Under the pieces are notes generated by a model. It saw nothing but the letters and a program-made list of their open reading frames with translations, was not told the origin of the DNA and did not search any database. From IMG/VR virus record IMGVR_UViG_3300014613_000051, positions 1-38,356 of that record: a stretch of 38,356 nt of DNA. One strand, written 5' to 3'. Below, piece by piece: positions 9,591 to 17,254 of the stretch. Every line of letters begins with the position of its first letter. Positions within the stretch are counted from its first letter, which is position 1. The position numbers and the translations under genes were made by a program. Source of the DNA: a virus. Lineage: Duplodnaviria; Caudoviricetes.

Positions 9591-10145
9591 ATGAGTATTT
9601 TTGGAACGGAAATCATTAACAGGTTTCCTAGTCAATCACCCATCAACGATCCTAGTAATCCTGGCCATGTGATGATAGATGATAGTATCGGGGAATTATT
9701 AGATGAGGCATTAGTCGAATTAGAACATAATAGTGACCAACGATTCTTAGAATATGCTGATGGGGTGTTTCTGGAAAGATATGGGGAATGGTTCGGATTA
9801 GAAAGAGGAACCATGACTGATGACGAGTACCGGGTTAAATTATTAGCAGTACAAGGAAGCAACACTAGTATTAGTGGGGTTCGTGGAGCATTAAGCATAA
9901 TACTCGACTTAGAAGCCGAGGGTATTATTATCCAGAATAGTGATGAAGGTTGCTGCCGACTAGGTGAAATGACCTTATATGACCAGTACTACACCGGGCC
10001 AACTTGCCGATTAACAAGCCAATACACTCGTGATAGTGGAACAATTATGATAACAGTACCTAGTGGTACTGATACAAGCGTGGCGGAATCTATTATTAGT
10101 CAAATGATGGTACCTGGAGTTATTGTTAATTTCAAGGAGGCATAA
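9591..10145 (+). CDS. Baseplate wedge protein (gpI/gp48-like)
   Basis: ADGVFLERYGEWFGLER...DDEYRVKL motif, directly after the J-like gene. Confidence 0.7.
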   Translation: MSIFGTEIINRFPSQSPINDPSNPGHVMIDDSIGELLDEALVELEHNSDQRFLEYADGVFLERYGEWFGLERGTMTDDEYRVKLLAVQGSNTSISGVRGALSIILDLEAEGIIIQNSDEGCCRLGEMTLYDQYYTGPTCRLTSQYTRDSGTIMITVPSGTDTSVAESIISQMMVPGVIVNFKEA

Positions 10146-10149
10146 GATT

Positions 10150-10383
10150 ATGGTCGAGATTGATTATGAAAGACTATTAATAATAATACGAAATGATGTT
10201 GATGAATCAGAACACCAAAACTTTGACCTAGAGGCTATTGTCAAGAAAGCACGACTCAGTAGTGATGAATCACGGATAATAGTAGAATCAAGTATGTTCA
10301 GGTTCACCTACGATAGCATAACCTATGAACAAGTACCAGGCTGTTATGGTGGAGCATCAGATGATATAGAAGTGGAGGAGTAA
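10150..10383 (+). CDS. Hypothetical protein (tail region)
   Basis: ATG at 10150 after GGAGG; 77 aa acidic. Confidence 0.6.
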   Translation: MVEIDYERLLIIIRNDVDESEHQNFDLEAIVKKARLSSDESRIIVESSMFRFTYDSITYEQVPGCYGGASDDIEVEE

Positions 10384-10389
10384 ATATTT

Positions 10390-11550
10390 ATGACTAATTA
10401 TTTTAAAACTAACCAAGATGGTTTCGGAGCAGAAGACGCAAATGCAGCAATGCTACTGTACGGTATGGGTGAAACACAAGTCGTAATAGCATTACCTCGA
10501 AACCTAGAAGATGGTGTATTCCCCACAACCACAAGCGTTGTTAAAGCAGAATTTGCTACAATAGAAATAATCAAAGACGATAATATAACCATAACCGATA
10601 CAATTATAAGCCTAGCAAGTGGTGACAGTGGAAGAGCCACCATAAGAGTTTACCCCAACATATTACCTCTTAAAACGTGGGACATCATCCAATGGAGCAG
10701 CATGGGGGGAACAGTAACTTGTAATATAAAAAAGGATATGGGTCAAACCACCGTAGCAACAAATATCAGCAACCCTCTTGATCTTCAAGGAGTAGAAATT
10801 GGAGGGGAATATGTTGATTTTGAGTTCACCCTTACAACTGGGGCAGAATTAGGATATGTTACCTTTATATTCACCGGGGGTATGGACTCGGAGCTTATGA
10901 CTAGTTTTGGTAAAACAAATATTAACCAGGCCAGTTTAGGATTTAAAGGAATGAATGCTCTTGTTTGGCAGAGGAAGTATAAAAAAGGATTATTCCACAG
11001 TGGGCAAAGTATCAAATTTTATTATAATACTACGATTAGTAATGGTAATAACTTATTTGAAGTAGAAATATGGAAAGATGGAAGTAAAATAACTACGAGC
11101 GGACAATTAACACATGTGAAAAATACTAGAAGAGTATGTGAAGTTAAACACATATTCGATCCACGCTCAGAGTACATATTGAAGGTTATTAGTAAAACAA
11201 CCGGCACCGTAGTATTAGAAAGTATTCAAATCAGTGACTGTGAAACGGGTGTAGCAACCGTTGATGACATTGAATACCCCGTACATGTTGAAGAAGGAAC
11301 AGGATACATTCATTTCAGTGGTACAGTCTATGCATGTACTACTATGGCTCATCTTACTTATGTTGAGGCTCCAAAGGTCAGGATTCAAGGATATAGTAAT
11401 AGTGGTTTGTTTTCAGCGAATACTAATGTTCCTGGGGTTAGTAGTAGTAGTCTTTGTATGCAGCGTGTTGATGGTGCGTCTCATACGGGTGATGCTAATT
11501 TCAGTTACCATATTCGGGGATTAAGAGCCGGACCATTTTTAATTGCTTAA
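10390..11550 (+). CDS. Putative tail fibre/receptor-binding protein
   Basis: Last gene of the tail operon, 386 aa, beta-rich and multi-domain. Confidence 0.55.
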   Translation: MTNYFKTNQDGFGAEDANAAMLLYGMGETQVVIALPRNLEDGVFPTTTSVVKAEFATIEIIKDDNITITDTIISLASGDSGRATIRVYPNILPLKTWDIIQWSSMGGTVTCNIKKDMGQTTVATNISNPLDLQGVEIGGEYVDFEFTLTTGAELGYVTFIFTGGMDSELMTSFGKTNINQASLGFKGMNALVWQRKYKKGLFHSGQSIKFYYNTTISNGNNLFEVEIWKDGSKITTSGQLTHVKNTRRVCEVKHIFDPRSEYILKVISKTTGTVVLESIQISDCETGVATVDDIEYPVHVEEGTGYIHFSGTVYACTTMAHLTYVEAPKVRIQGYSNSGLFSANTNVPGVSSSSLCMQRVDGASHTGDANFSYHIRGLRAGPFLIA

Positions 11551-11584
11551 AAAAAATAATAATATACTTTATTCTATTTTTATA

Positions 11585-11845
11585 TTAAACTATTATTTTT
11601 ATTGAGTTAATCTTAACTTCAGTGGCTCTAAGTTTTAAATCAAACCCTTCATGGGTTTTAATTATATCTAAAATTTCATATTCAATATCTTTTATTTTGA
11701 TTAATTGACCTTTACTTATCATATTTATTCTTCCTTTTCTTCCCTTACATAAATCTCGTTTTTTATTTAACCTTCCTTGTCTTTCTTTGAGTCGATTCTT
11801 ATTATTTTTACTCTTGATCCTTCCCAGTCTATTGGGGTGTAGCAT
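11585..11845 (-). CDS. Small basic hypothetical protein (start uncertain, possibly MISKGQ at 11722)
   Basis: Directly downstream of the DUF2080 gene on the minus strand, with GGAGGAGG upstream. Confidence 0.45.
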   Translation of the reverse strand: MLHPNRLGRIKSKNNKNRLKERQGRLNKKRDLCKGRKGRINMISKGQLIKIKDIEYEILDIIKTHEGFDLKLRATEVKINSIKIIV

Positions 11846-11867
11846 CGTCCACTTGTTCCTCCTCCTT

Positions 11868-12032
11868 TTACTCTTTTTCTGTTATTTCTTCTATTAGTAT
11901 TGCTTTTACTTTTTTTCCAGTCCATGACTTAGGAACGTGTATCATGGCTCCGTTACCGATTGGTTTCACTGTTTTAGTGGTGGCTTCGTAGCCTTTTATT
12001 TTTATCATTATTTCATATTCCTTTGTAGTCAT
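11868..12032 (-). CDS. DUF2080/AbrB-like small DNA-binding protein (copy 1; not in ORF track)
   Basis: Manual translation: MTTKEYEIMIKIKGYEATTKTVKPIGNGAMIHVPKSWTGKKVKAILIEEITEKE, with the VKPxGNGAxIxVPKxWxGKxV signature. Confidence 0.85.
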   Translation of the reverse strand: MTTKEYEIMIKIKGYEATTKTVKPIGNGAMIHVPKSWTGKKVKAILIEEITEKE

Positions 12033-12065
12033 TTGTATATATTTTGTATAATTAAGTATTTATAA
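12033..12065 (-). promoter_or_regulatory. TATA box plus operator-like motif for DUF2080 copy 1 (leaderless)
   Basis: Minus-strand TTATAAAT about 26 nt from the ATG; TTGTATATATTTTGTA at 12033-12048 matches 14198-14213. Confidence 0.55.
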
Positions 12066-12252
12066 TAGTAGGTATATATTAAGTATATACATAGAAATTC
12101 ATGAGCATCCACTGGTGGCCATCTTTGGAGGATAAACTAAAAATTATTGGATGACTAAAAAAAGCACTATATTGGCATTATTATTGCTTATCTGACAATT
12201 AAAATCTGCTCTAATGGCCACCATACTTATTTTTAATCTATTTTTTTCTATT

Positions 12253-12279
12253 TGTCACAAGTTGTGACAGTTTGTCACA
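12253..12279. repeat. Three phased TGTCACA/TGTGACA boxes
   Basis: Copies start at 12253, 12263 and 12273, with an exact 10-bp period and alternating orientation. Confidence 0.8.
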
Positions 12280-12313
12280 GGTTCCATAATTGTATTTTTG
12301 GAGGTGTTATTAT

Positions 12314-12409
12314 TTGAGAACTTGGATTGAAGTAATCTATTATTTTGTAGGATTTATTCTTTTATTGTTTTTAATTAGAATTGCTTTTTATAATATAAAC
12401 GGTTTTTAA
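12314..12409 (+). CDS. 31-aa single-pass membrane peptide (not in ORF track)
   Basis: GGAGGTG SD then TTG start: MRTWIEVIYYFVGFILLLFLIRIAFYNINGF. Confidence 0.6.
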   Translation: MRTWIEVIYYFVGFILLLFLIRIAFYNINGF

Positions 12410-12423
12410 GGAGTTTGGTATGT

Positions 12424-12873
12424 ATGGATGATGATGATCCGGCTTTGGGATTGAAGGTTAAAGTATTATTATTGGTTACGGTTGTTTTATTAGTTGTGGG
12501 GAGTGTTAGCCCGGTTATGCTCATGAATAGGAGCGTGGATGGGGTAGTATTGGGTAATGGCACCACTACAACTACACGGGTTGTGGATAAGAATATTGGT
12601 GGTAAGAGTGGGTTAATTAACAAACCAGTACCAAAAGCTAATATAATAAGTGGCACATTTAAACCGAGTATTAAGAGTGGTTATAGTTACCGATGGTATA
12701 AGAGGAGTTGGATTAATTATTGTCCAGGCTGTCACAATTATGGTACACTACAGAATAATCCGAAAGGAGTACCAGAAGGCGAGATTACGTGTTCAAAGTG
12801 TGATGCTGATTTCTGTGGAGTAACGGGGATGGATAAAGGATATGGCCGTAGATGGAGTTTAAGGAGAGCATAA
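12424..12873 (+). CDS. Membrane-anchored Cys-rich protein
   Basis: N-terminal hydrophobic anchor; C-terminal NYCPGC...GEITCSKCDADFCGVTG; ATG at 12424 preferred over TTG at 12415. Confidence 0.7.
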   Translation: MDDDDPALGLKVKVLLLVTVVLLVVGSVSPVMLMNRSVDGVVLGNGTTTTTRVVDKNIGGKSGLINKPVPKANIISGTFKPSIKSGYSYRWYKRSWINYCPGCHNYGTLQNNPKGVPEGEITCSKCDADFCGVTGMDKGYGRRWSLRRA

Positions 12874-12874
12874 T

Positions 12875-13033
12875 ATGGATGTTTGTAAATTATGTGGAAT
12901 TGAATTACAATATCATGGTGAAAATTTATTTATTTGTCCTCAATGTTTTAAATGGCATAAGGGGATTATAATACCTTTACATCGAGCAGAATTAGATGAG
13001 TATGGGTTAATCAAAGAATTAGAAAAGGAATAG
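12875..13033 (+). CDS. 52-aa zinc-ribbon protein (not in ORF track)
   Basis: MDVCKLCG...FICPQCFKW, two CxxC pairs. Confidence 0.65.
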   Translation: MDVCKLCGIELQYHGENLFICPQCFKWHKGIIIPLHRAELDEYGLIKELEKE

Positions 13034-13043
13034 GAGGGATTAT

Positions 13044-13715
13044 ATGGGAGTTTTAAACAATCTTATTAGTTATTTGAAGAAAGCTAAAACTAGTTTTGTT
13101 AAAAAGAATAAACGAGAACCAAACTATTATCAGATTGATGATAAGCGTATAATGCGAGAAGAAGCCAATAAACTCATGGCTTTGAAACCGATTAAACCAG
13201 TACTAGGGGTGCAAAACAAGAATAAACACGTCCTCGGCATTAATTGGGTACGACAACCAGATATTTACACCTGCGGACCAGTCACCATCAACCGATTACT
13301 CAAAGGGGCCGGGATACCCTCCACCATCGCCAAACTACGAGTACTAATGAAAACAAGTACACGGGATAGTAACCCAGGTACAAGTCCAGCGAACCTGAAA
13401 GCGGGGGCATTGGCCTTTGCTAATAAAAACGGGATAACCATCCATTATAGGGAAGTACCATTATTATCATTGGCACAAATCAAAAAGTATATAGACAAGG
13501 GAATACCAATAGGAGCACACGGCAAAACCATAAAGTGTATGGATTATAACGGACAATACGGACATTATATCACCATAAGTGGCTATGACTTGTCCAATAA
13601 AAAAGTCTATATACTAGACAGTAGCAGAGGAGCCAAATGGATCCCATACAATTGTCTAGTAGGATTCATACGGAACCGTGGAGCAACCAACCCAATGAAA
13701 ATCATAACAAAATAA
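13044..13715 (+). CDS. C39-family cysteine peptidase, probable pseudomurein endolysin (PeiR-like)
   Basis: QPDIYTCGP, GTSP, GHYITISGYD and VYILDS give the C39 Q/C/H/D arrangement. Confidence 0.8.
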   Translation: MGVLNNLISYLKKAKTSFVKKNKREPNYYQIDDKRIMREEANKLMALKPIKPVLGVQNKNKHVLGINWVRQPDIYTCGPVTINRLLKGAGIPSTIAKLRVLMKTSTRDSNPGTSPANLKAGALAFANKNGITIHYREVPLLSLAQIKKYIDKGIPIGAHGKTIKCMDYNGQYGHYITISGYDLSNKKVYILDSSRGAKWIPYNCLVGFIRNRGATNPMKIITK

Positions 13716-13716
13716 T

Positions 13717-13848
13717 TTATTCTTTTTCAGGTAGAATTATTATTACTTCTTTTCCTATCCATTTTTTAGGCAATATCACCATTGCTCCGTTCCCCTGCGG
13801 TTTAACAACTTTACTCATGCTTTCTTTCGCTTCTACCTCAATTTTCAT
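13717..13848 (-). CDS. DUF2080/AbrB-like small DNA-binding protein (copy 2; not in ORF track)
   Basis: Manual translation: MKIEVEAKESMSKVVKPQGNGAMVILPKKWIGKEVIIILPEKE, with GGAGGG SD upstream. Confidence 0.85.
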   Translation of the reverse strand: MKIEVEAKESMSKVVKPQGNGAMVILPKKWIGKEVIIILPEKE

Positions 13849-13884
13849 AAATAATTCCCTCCAAAAAAATAGAATAATAAAAAA

Positions 13885-14154
13885 TTAATATAAATCGAAT
13901 GTTGCGACATTTTCATCAGGGAAATATTCATTGAGGATAAACCTTGCTTGTTTTTCCATTTCTTCATGAGTATTTGCTTCAACTCTGTATGATGCTTCCA
14001 TTGTTTCACTATCAGCGTCTTCAACATTGATTTCGATGAAATGAAACTCCATCCCATCATTTTCATCTACTTCCATCATATAGTTTTCAATGTGTAGTGC
14101 TTTGTTTTCGATTCCTTGTGCCCGTTCTAAAAAGTTCCATAATTTCATGTTCAT
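13885..14154 (-). CDS. Small acidic hypothetical protein
   Basis: 89 aa with 22 D/E versus 6 K/R; GGAAGTG SD; co-oriented with DUF2080 copy 2. Confidence 0.75.
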   Translation of the reverse strand: MNMKLWNFLERAQGIENKALHIENYMMEVDENDGMEFHFIEINVEDADSETMEASYRVEANTHEEMEKQARFILNEYFPDENVATFDLY

Positions 14155-14197
14155 ATTTTCACTTCCAAGTTTTTTTGAGTTGTACTTTTGTACTCTC

Positions 14198-14229
14198 TTG
14201 TATATACATTGTACGAACTTATATATAAA
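14198..14229 (-). promoter_or_regulatory. TATA box plus operator-like motif for the 89-aa/DUF2080 unit
   Basis: Minus-strand TTTATATA at 14222-14229; TTGTATATACATTGTA at 14198-14213. Confidence 0.55.
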
Positions 14230-14262
14230 TGCTTCGGTTAATGAGGATATGGATACATTTAT

Positions 14263-14308
14263 ATAGGGGTACGGATAATATAATAACCATACACCCCTAT
14301 TTTTTTTT
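14263..14308 (+). terminator. Hairpin followed by T-run
   Basis: ATAGGGGT (14263-14270) pairs with ACCCCTAT (14293-14300), then poly-T. Confidence 0.45.
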
Positions 14309-14450
14309 ATCGAAAAATAAATAATAATACAAAAAAAGATAATAGTATGTTATAAACAAGACAAACATCTACATGTCCAAGGAGATATATGGGTCATGAC
14401 TACTAAGACATGAAGACTTAAATAACAAAAAAAGGATAAACCTCATCACC

Positions 14451-15554
14451 ATGCTAACAGACCCACTATTCATTGAATTCTGCCAAGACCGAAACCTATC
14501 AACTAACAGCCAAAAAGCATATCACAACCCACTAAAGGAATACAGCACCTTCCACGGTCTTAATTTACAAGAACTAATAGATGAAGCAGATATGGAAGAA
14601 GAGAATAATATACGGGCCAAAAACCGTAAAATCATTAAAAGACTGAAACAATACAGGAACTATAAAATCAGTAATGGATCTGCACCTAACAGCATACGAG
14701 ATTATTATAGTAAAGTCAAAACATTCTACCGACACTATGGGATTGAAATACCTTATATCCCTCCAACTAATCTTCCAAGTAATAGGCATGAAAAGTATAG
14801 TGACATACCTACCATAGATGATATAAGGACTGTTCTTGAATCAACAAGTAACCTGAAACATAAGGCAATAATATTACTGATGGCTTCCAGTGGCATGGCC
14901 ACAAATGAAGTAACACATCTAAAACTAAAAGACTTCATAGATGCTACAAGTGAGTATCATACTAAGAATAATACACCTGATATTTTATTAGAATTAGAGA
15001 AACAAAAAGATATAATCCCTATTTTTGAATTAATCCGTCGTAAAACCAATTACCTTTATTATACTTGTTGTAGTCCAGAAGCAACCCATAGTATCATCCG
15101 ATACTTAAAAACAAGGCCACAAATAGGCCTTAATGATTCTATTTTTAATATAAAAAACCATAGTGTTATACAATTCTTTAGCAGACTCAATGATTTGAAT
15201 GGTTATCCTCGTGTAGGTGAGATAAGGTTTTTTCATGCACATGGATTAAGGAAATTTCATGCCACAAGTATTGAGGATGTGGGTTTAGCTAATACATTAC
15301 AGGGCCGTAAAAGTAATAGTATTGTTGAGTCTTATTTTAAAAAGAACCCTAAACGGTTACGGGAAAGGTATTTGGAGCATTTGAATAAGCTTATGATAAA
15401 TAAGGTTGAAACTTTTAATATTAAATCAGATGAATACTTACGCCTTGAAAAAGATAATCAAATAAAAGAAGACCGTTTGAAAGAATTAGAGAAAAAGGAT
15501 AAAATGCGTGAAGAACAAATGAAACGAGTCCTTGATGAATTAAAATTAGAATAA
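14451..15554 (+). CDS. int: Tyrosine recombinase/integrase
   Basis: KAIILLMASSGM..NEV box I, RRKT, FHAHGLRKF (HxxR) and LQGR...ESYF (catalytic Tyr). Confidence 0.9.
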   Translation: MLTDPLFIEFCQDRNLSTNSQKAYHNPLKEYSTFHGLNLQELIDEADMEEENNIRAKNRKIIKRLKQYRNYKISNGSAPNSIRDYYSKVKTFYRHYGIEIPYIPPTNLPSNRHEKYSDIPTIDDIRTVLESTSNLKHKAIILLMASSGMATNEVTHLKLKDFIDATSEYHTKNNTPDILLELEKQKDIIPIFELIRRKTNYLYYTCCSPEATHSIIRYLKTRPQIGLNDSIFNIKNHSVIQFFSRLNDLNGYPRVGEIRFFHAHGLRKFHATSIEDVGLANTLQGRKSNSIVESYFKKNPKRLRERYLEHLNKLMINKVETFNIKSDEYLRLEKDNQIKEDRLKELEKKDKMREEQMKRVLDELKLE

Positions 15555-15848
15555 TACTTTTCTGATGCTCTCTTTATAGTAAATGTTTAATAGTTAATAG
15601 TGTAATTATAATTATCTAATATTATTGTTTTGATAATTGTAAATGGCTTTCATCGGAACACCACTTCCATCAAACCATTTACTCCTATCAAGGCATCTAT
15701 TATTATTGAACAACTTGAACGAGGCCAATAAAATGACACCGATAAAGTGTATAGGTTTTAATATAGATAAATATTGCGGTTTACTCACCGTTTTAAGCAT
15801 TCTTAGCGTTAGCTATCAAAGATTACTTTTTTTAATGGGGTTTTAAAG

Positions 15849-15992
15849 ATGAATAATAACCCTGTGAGTGTAAAAGAAATAGAAGATAAATTCTGGAGTA
15901 ATATAAAATTAATAGATGAACTTGAGATAGGCACCCCAGAACGCCGTGAATTATTAATAGAGAATAATAAATTATTAGACCAATTAGGATAA
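15849..15992 (+). CDS. 47-aa hypothetical protein (not in ORF track)
   Basis: MNNNPVSVKEIEDKFWSNIKLIDELEIGTPERRELLIENNKLLDQLG; composition and codon use look coding. Confidence 0.45.
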   Translation: MNNNPVSVKEIEDKFWSNIKLIDELEIGTPERRELLIENNKLLDQLG

Positions 15993-16026
15993 TCCAAATT
16001 AATTAAGAGAGGGTTATTTTGATTAA

Positions 16027-16218
16027 CTATTCTTTTTTAGGGCTAATGGAAACATTAACATTATCCTTACCCATTATTTCGACAGTCCATTCTAGTTTAT
16101 CTCCTAAATCCAATCCTAATAATTCCATCACGGTTTTGGGAATTGTGGTTTTAGATGACGGACCAGATCCACCTGCTTTTCCAATTTTGCTTTCAAATTT
16201 CAATATCATACTCTCCAT
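16027..16218 (-). CDS. AbrB/MazE-like transcriptional regulator (candidate repressor)
   Basis: SKTTIPKTVMELLGLDLGDKLEW signature; divergent from the early operon. Confidence 0.85.
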   Translation of the reverse strand: MESMILKFESKIGKAGGSGPSSKTTIPKTVMELLGLDLGDKLEWTVEIMGKDNVNVSISPKKE

Positions 16219-16402
16219 TTTTGTTTTTGTTCTTAGATATACTTATGACATTAACCATTATATAAACTTTGGTTTTGGTCAAGATAAAAACCGTGGCATT
16301 TATATATGATTAAGGACAATATTAATTTGTCAAGAAGTTAAGGCAAACACACCACTTTTGCCGGGGCTTATTGAACACAAGGCTTGAACGAGGCGATAAA
16401 TT
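16219..16402. promoter_or_regulatory. Divergent promoter region (putative lysis/lysogeny switch)
   Basis: Back-to-back TATA boxes (minus TTTATATA near 16260-16267; plus TTTATATA near 16299-16306) and a GACAA-N7-TTGTC inverted repeat near 16315-16331. Confidence 0.55.
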
Positions 16403-16513
16403 ATGAAAGAAAATATTGTTTTTGAATTGGATCCGTGGGATGAAAATACTCCCGATGAATACCAGGAAGACTACACGGAAACCTACGACTACGAGAACAC
16501 CGAGGATGATTAA
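16403..16513 (+). CDS. 36-aa highly acidic peptide (not in ORF track)
   Basis: GAGGCGA SD; MKENIVFELDPWDENTPDEYQEDYTETYDYENTEDD; the stop lies 1 nt before the next ATG. Confidence 0.65.
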   Translation: MKENIVFELDPWDENTPDEYQEDYTETYDYENTEDD

Positions 16514-16514
16514 A

Positions 16515-16751
16515 ATGTATCCTTGTCGTGACTGCATACACTCCAAACAAGGCCACCCATCATGGGCAATGCATTACCGGACTTGTGAACATCCATCAGT
16601 CCAGAATAATGAAAAAGGTTTAAGTATACTTCGGGTTAGTCTCAATGCAAATCTTGAAGAATTAATTGAAGAAGGGTGGTTTATTTTTCCATTCAACTAT
16701 GACCCAACATGGATTAATGATTGTAAAGCTCAAGAACCAAGGAGGGATTAA
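16515..16751 (+). CDS. Cys-containing hypothetical protein
   Basis: Restarted at ATG 16515 (MYPCRDCIH...), CxxC motif. Confidence 0.7.
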   Translation: MYPCRDCIHSKQGHPSWAMHYRTCEHPSVQNNEKGLSILRVSLNANLEELIEEGWFIFPFNYDPTWINDCKAQEPRRD

Positions 16752-16752
16752 T

Positions 16753-16845
16753 TTGTCAGATATTTGTGACAAGTGTAAGGCCATTATGGAAATGGTTGGT
16801 TATATGAGGTTTAAGTGTCCTCGTTGCGGGAGGATTGTACAATGA
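16753..16845 (+). CDS. 30-aa zinc-ribbon microprotein (not in ORF track)
   Basis: GGAGGG SD, TTG start, MSDICDKCKAIMEMVGYMRFKCPRCGRIVQ. Confidence 0.65.
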   Translation: MSDICDKCKAIMEMVGYMRFKCPRCGRIVQ

Positions 16846-16970
16846 TGCAGAAAGACAATTACGAACCATGCCCGTACTGTGGGGAAGTCTGCGGAGCCAA
16901 TGAATGCTGCCTCTGCGTATTCCAAACAGAAGACTACGAGGGCGATCCGCACAGGGGAATGTTACTATGA
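16842..16970 (+). CDS. 42-aa Cys-rich microprotein (not in ORF track)
   Basis: MMQKDNYEPCPYCGEVCGANECCLCVFQ..., ATGA-coupled at both ends. Confidence 0.65.
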   Translation: MMQKDNYEPCPYCGEVCGANECCLCVFQTEDYEGDPHRGMLL

Positions 16971-17098
16971 TACCAACAAATCAGCCAAAATGTCCTAAAT
17001 GTGAAAGTGAGTGGACAGTTCCATTAAACGAGGAAGGAGCCCGTGCCTGTATTGCTTGTGTAACTTTCTTCAAAGGCTCTGAAATATTGGAGGACTAA
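16967..17098 (+). CDS. 43-aa zinc-ribbon microprotein
   Basis: MIPTNQPKCPKCES...ACIAC; ATGA overlap supports the start at 16967. Confidence 0.65.
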   Translation: MIPTNQPKCPKCESEWTVPLNEEGARACIACVTFFKGSEILED

Positions 17099-17100
17099 AT

Positions 17101-17253
17101 ATGAAACAATCCCTCTACCCCAATAATCAACCAACGGGTGTTTATATCAACTGGACACTCGTAATACTCCTTTTGGCTTTGTTGAGTAGTATGATAATAC
17201 TCATAGTCCTACAAGGAATCACGATCTACACCGTCATGAACGGAGGAATTTAA
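17101..17253 (+). CDS. 50-aa single-pass membrane protein (not in ORF track)
   Basis: GGAGG SD; ...WTLVILLLALLSSMIILIVLQGITIYTV... Confidence 0.65.
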   Translation: MKQSLYPNNQPTGVYINWTLVILLLALLSSMIILIVLQGITIYTVMNGGI

Positions 17254-17254
17254 T

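Noticed and set aside
11868-13848. IS or composite transposon bounded by the DUF2080 genes
   Set aside because: No transposase, TnpB or terminal inverted repeats were seen.
14161-14172. ACTTCCAAGTTT shared with 28709-28720
   Set aside because: At 14161 it coincides with the minus-strand SD region; a single AT-rich 12-mer match is plausible by chance.
15555-15848. attP or coding genes right after the integrase (ORFs 15612-15800 and 15643-15846)
   Set aside because: No tRNA similarity or repeats were found, and the two overlapping ORFs lack SD or motifs, so neither could be supported.
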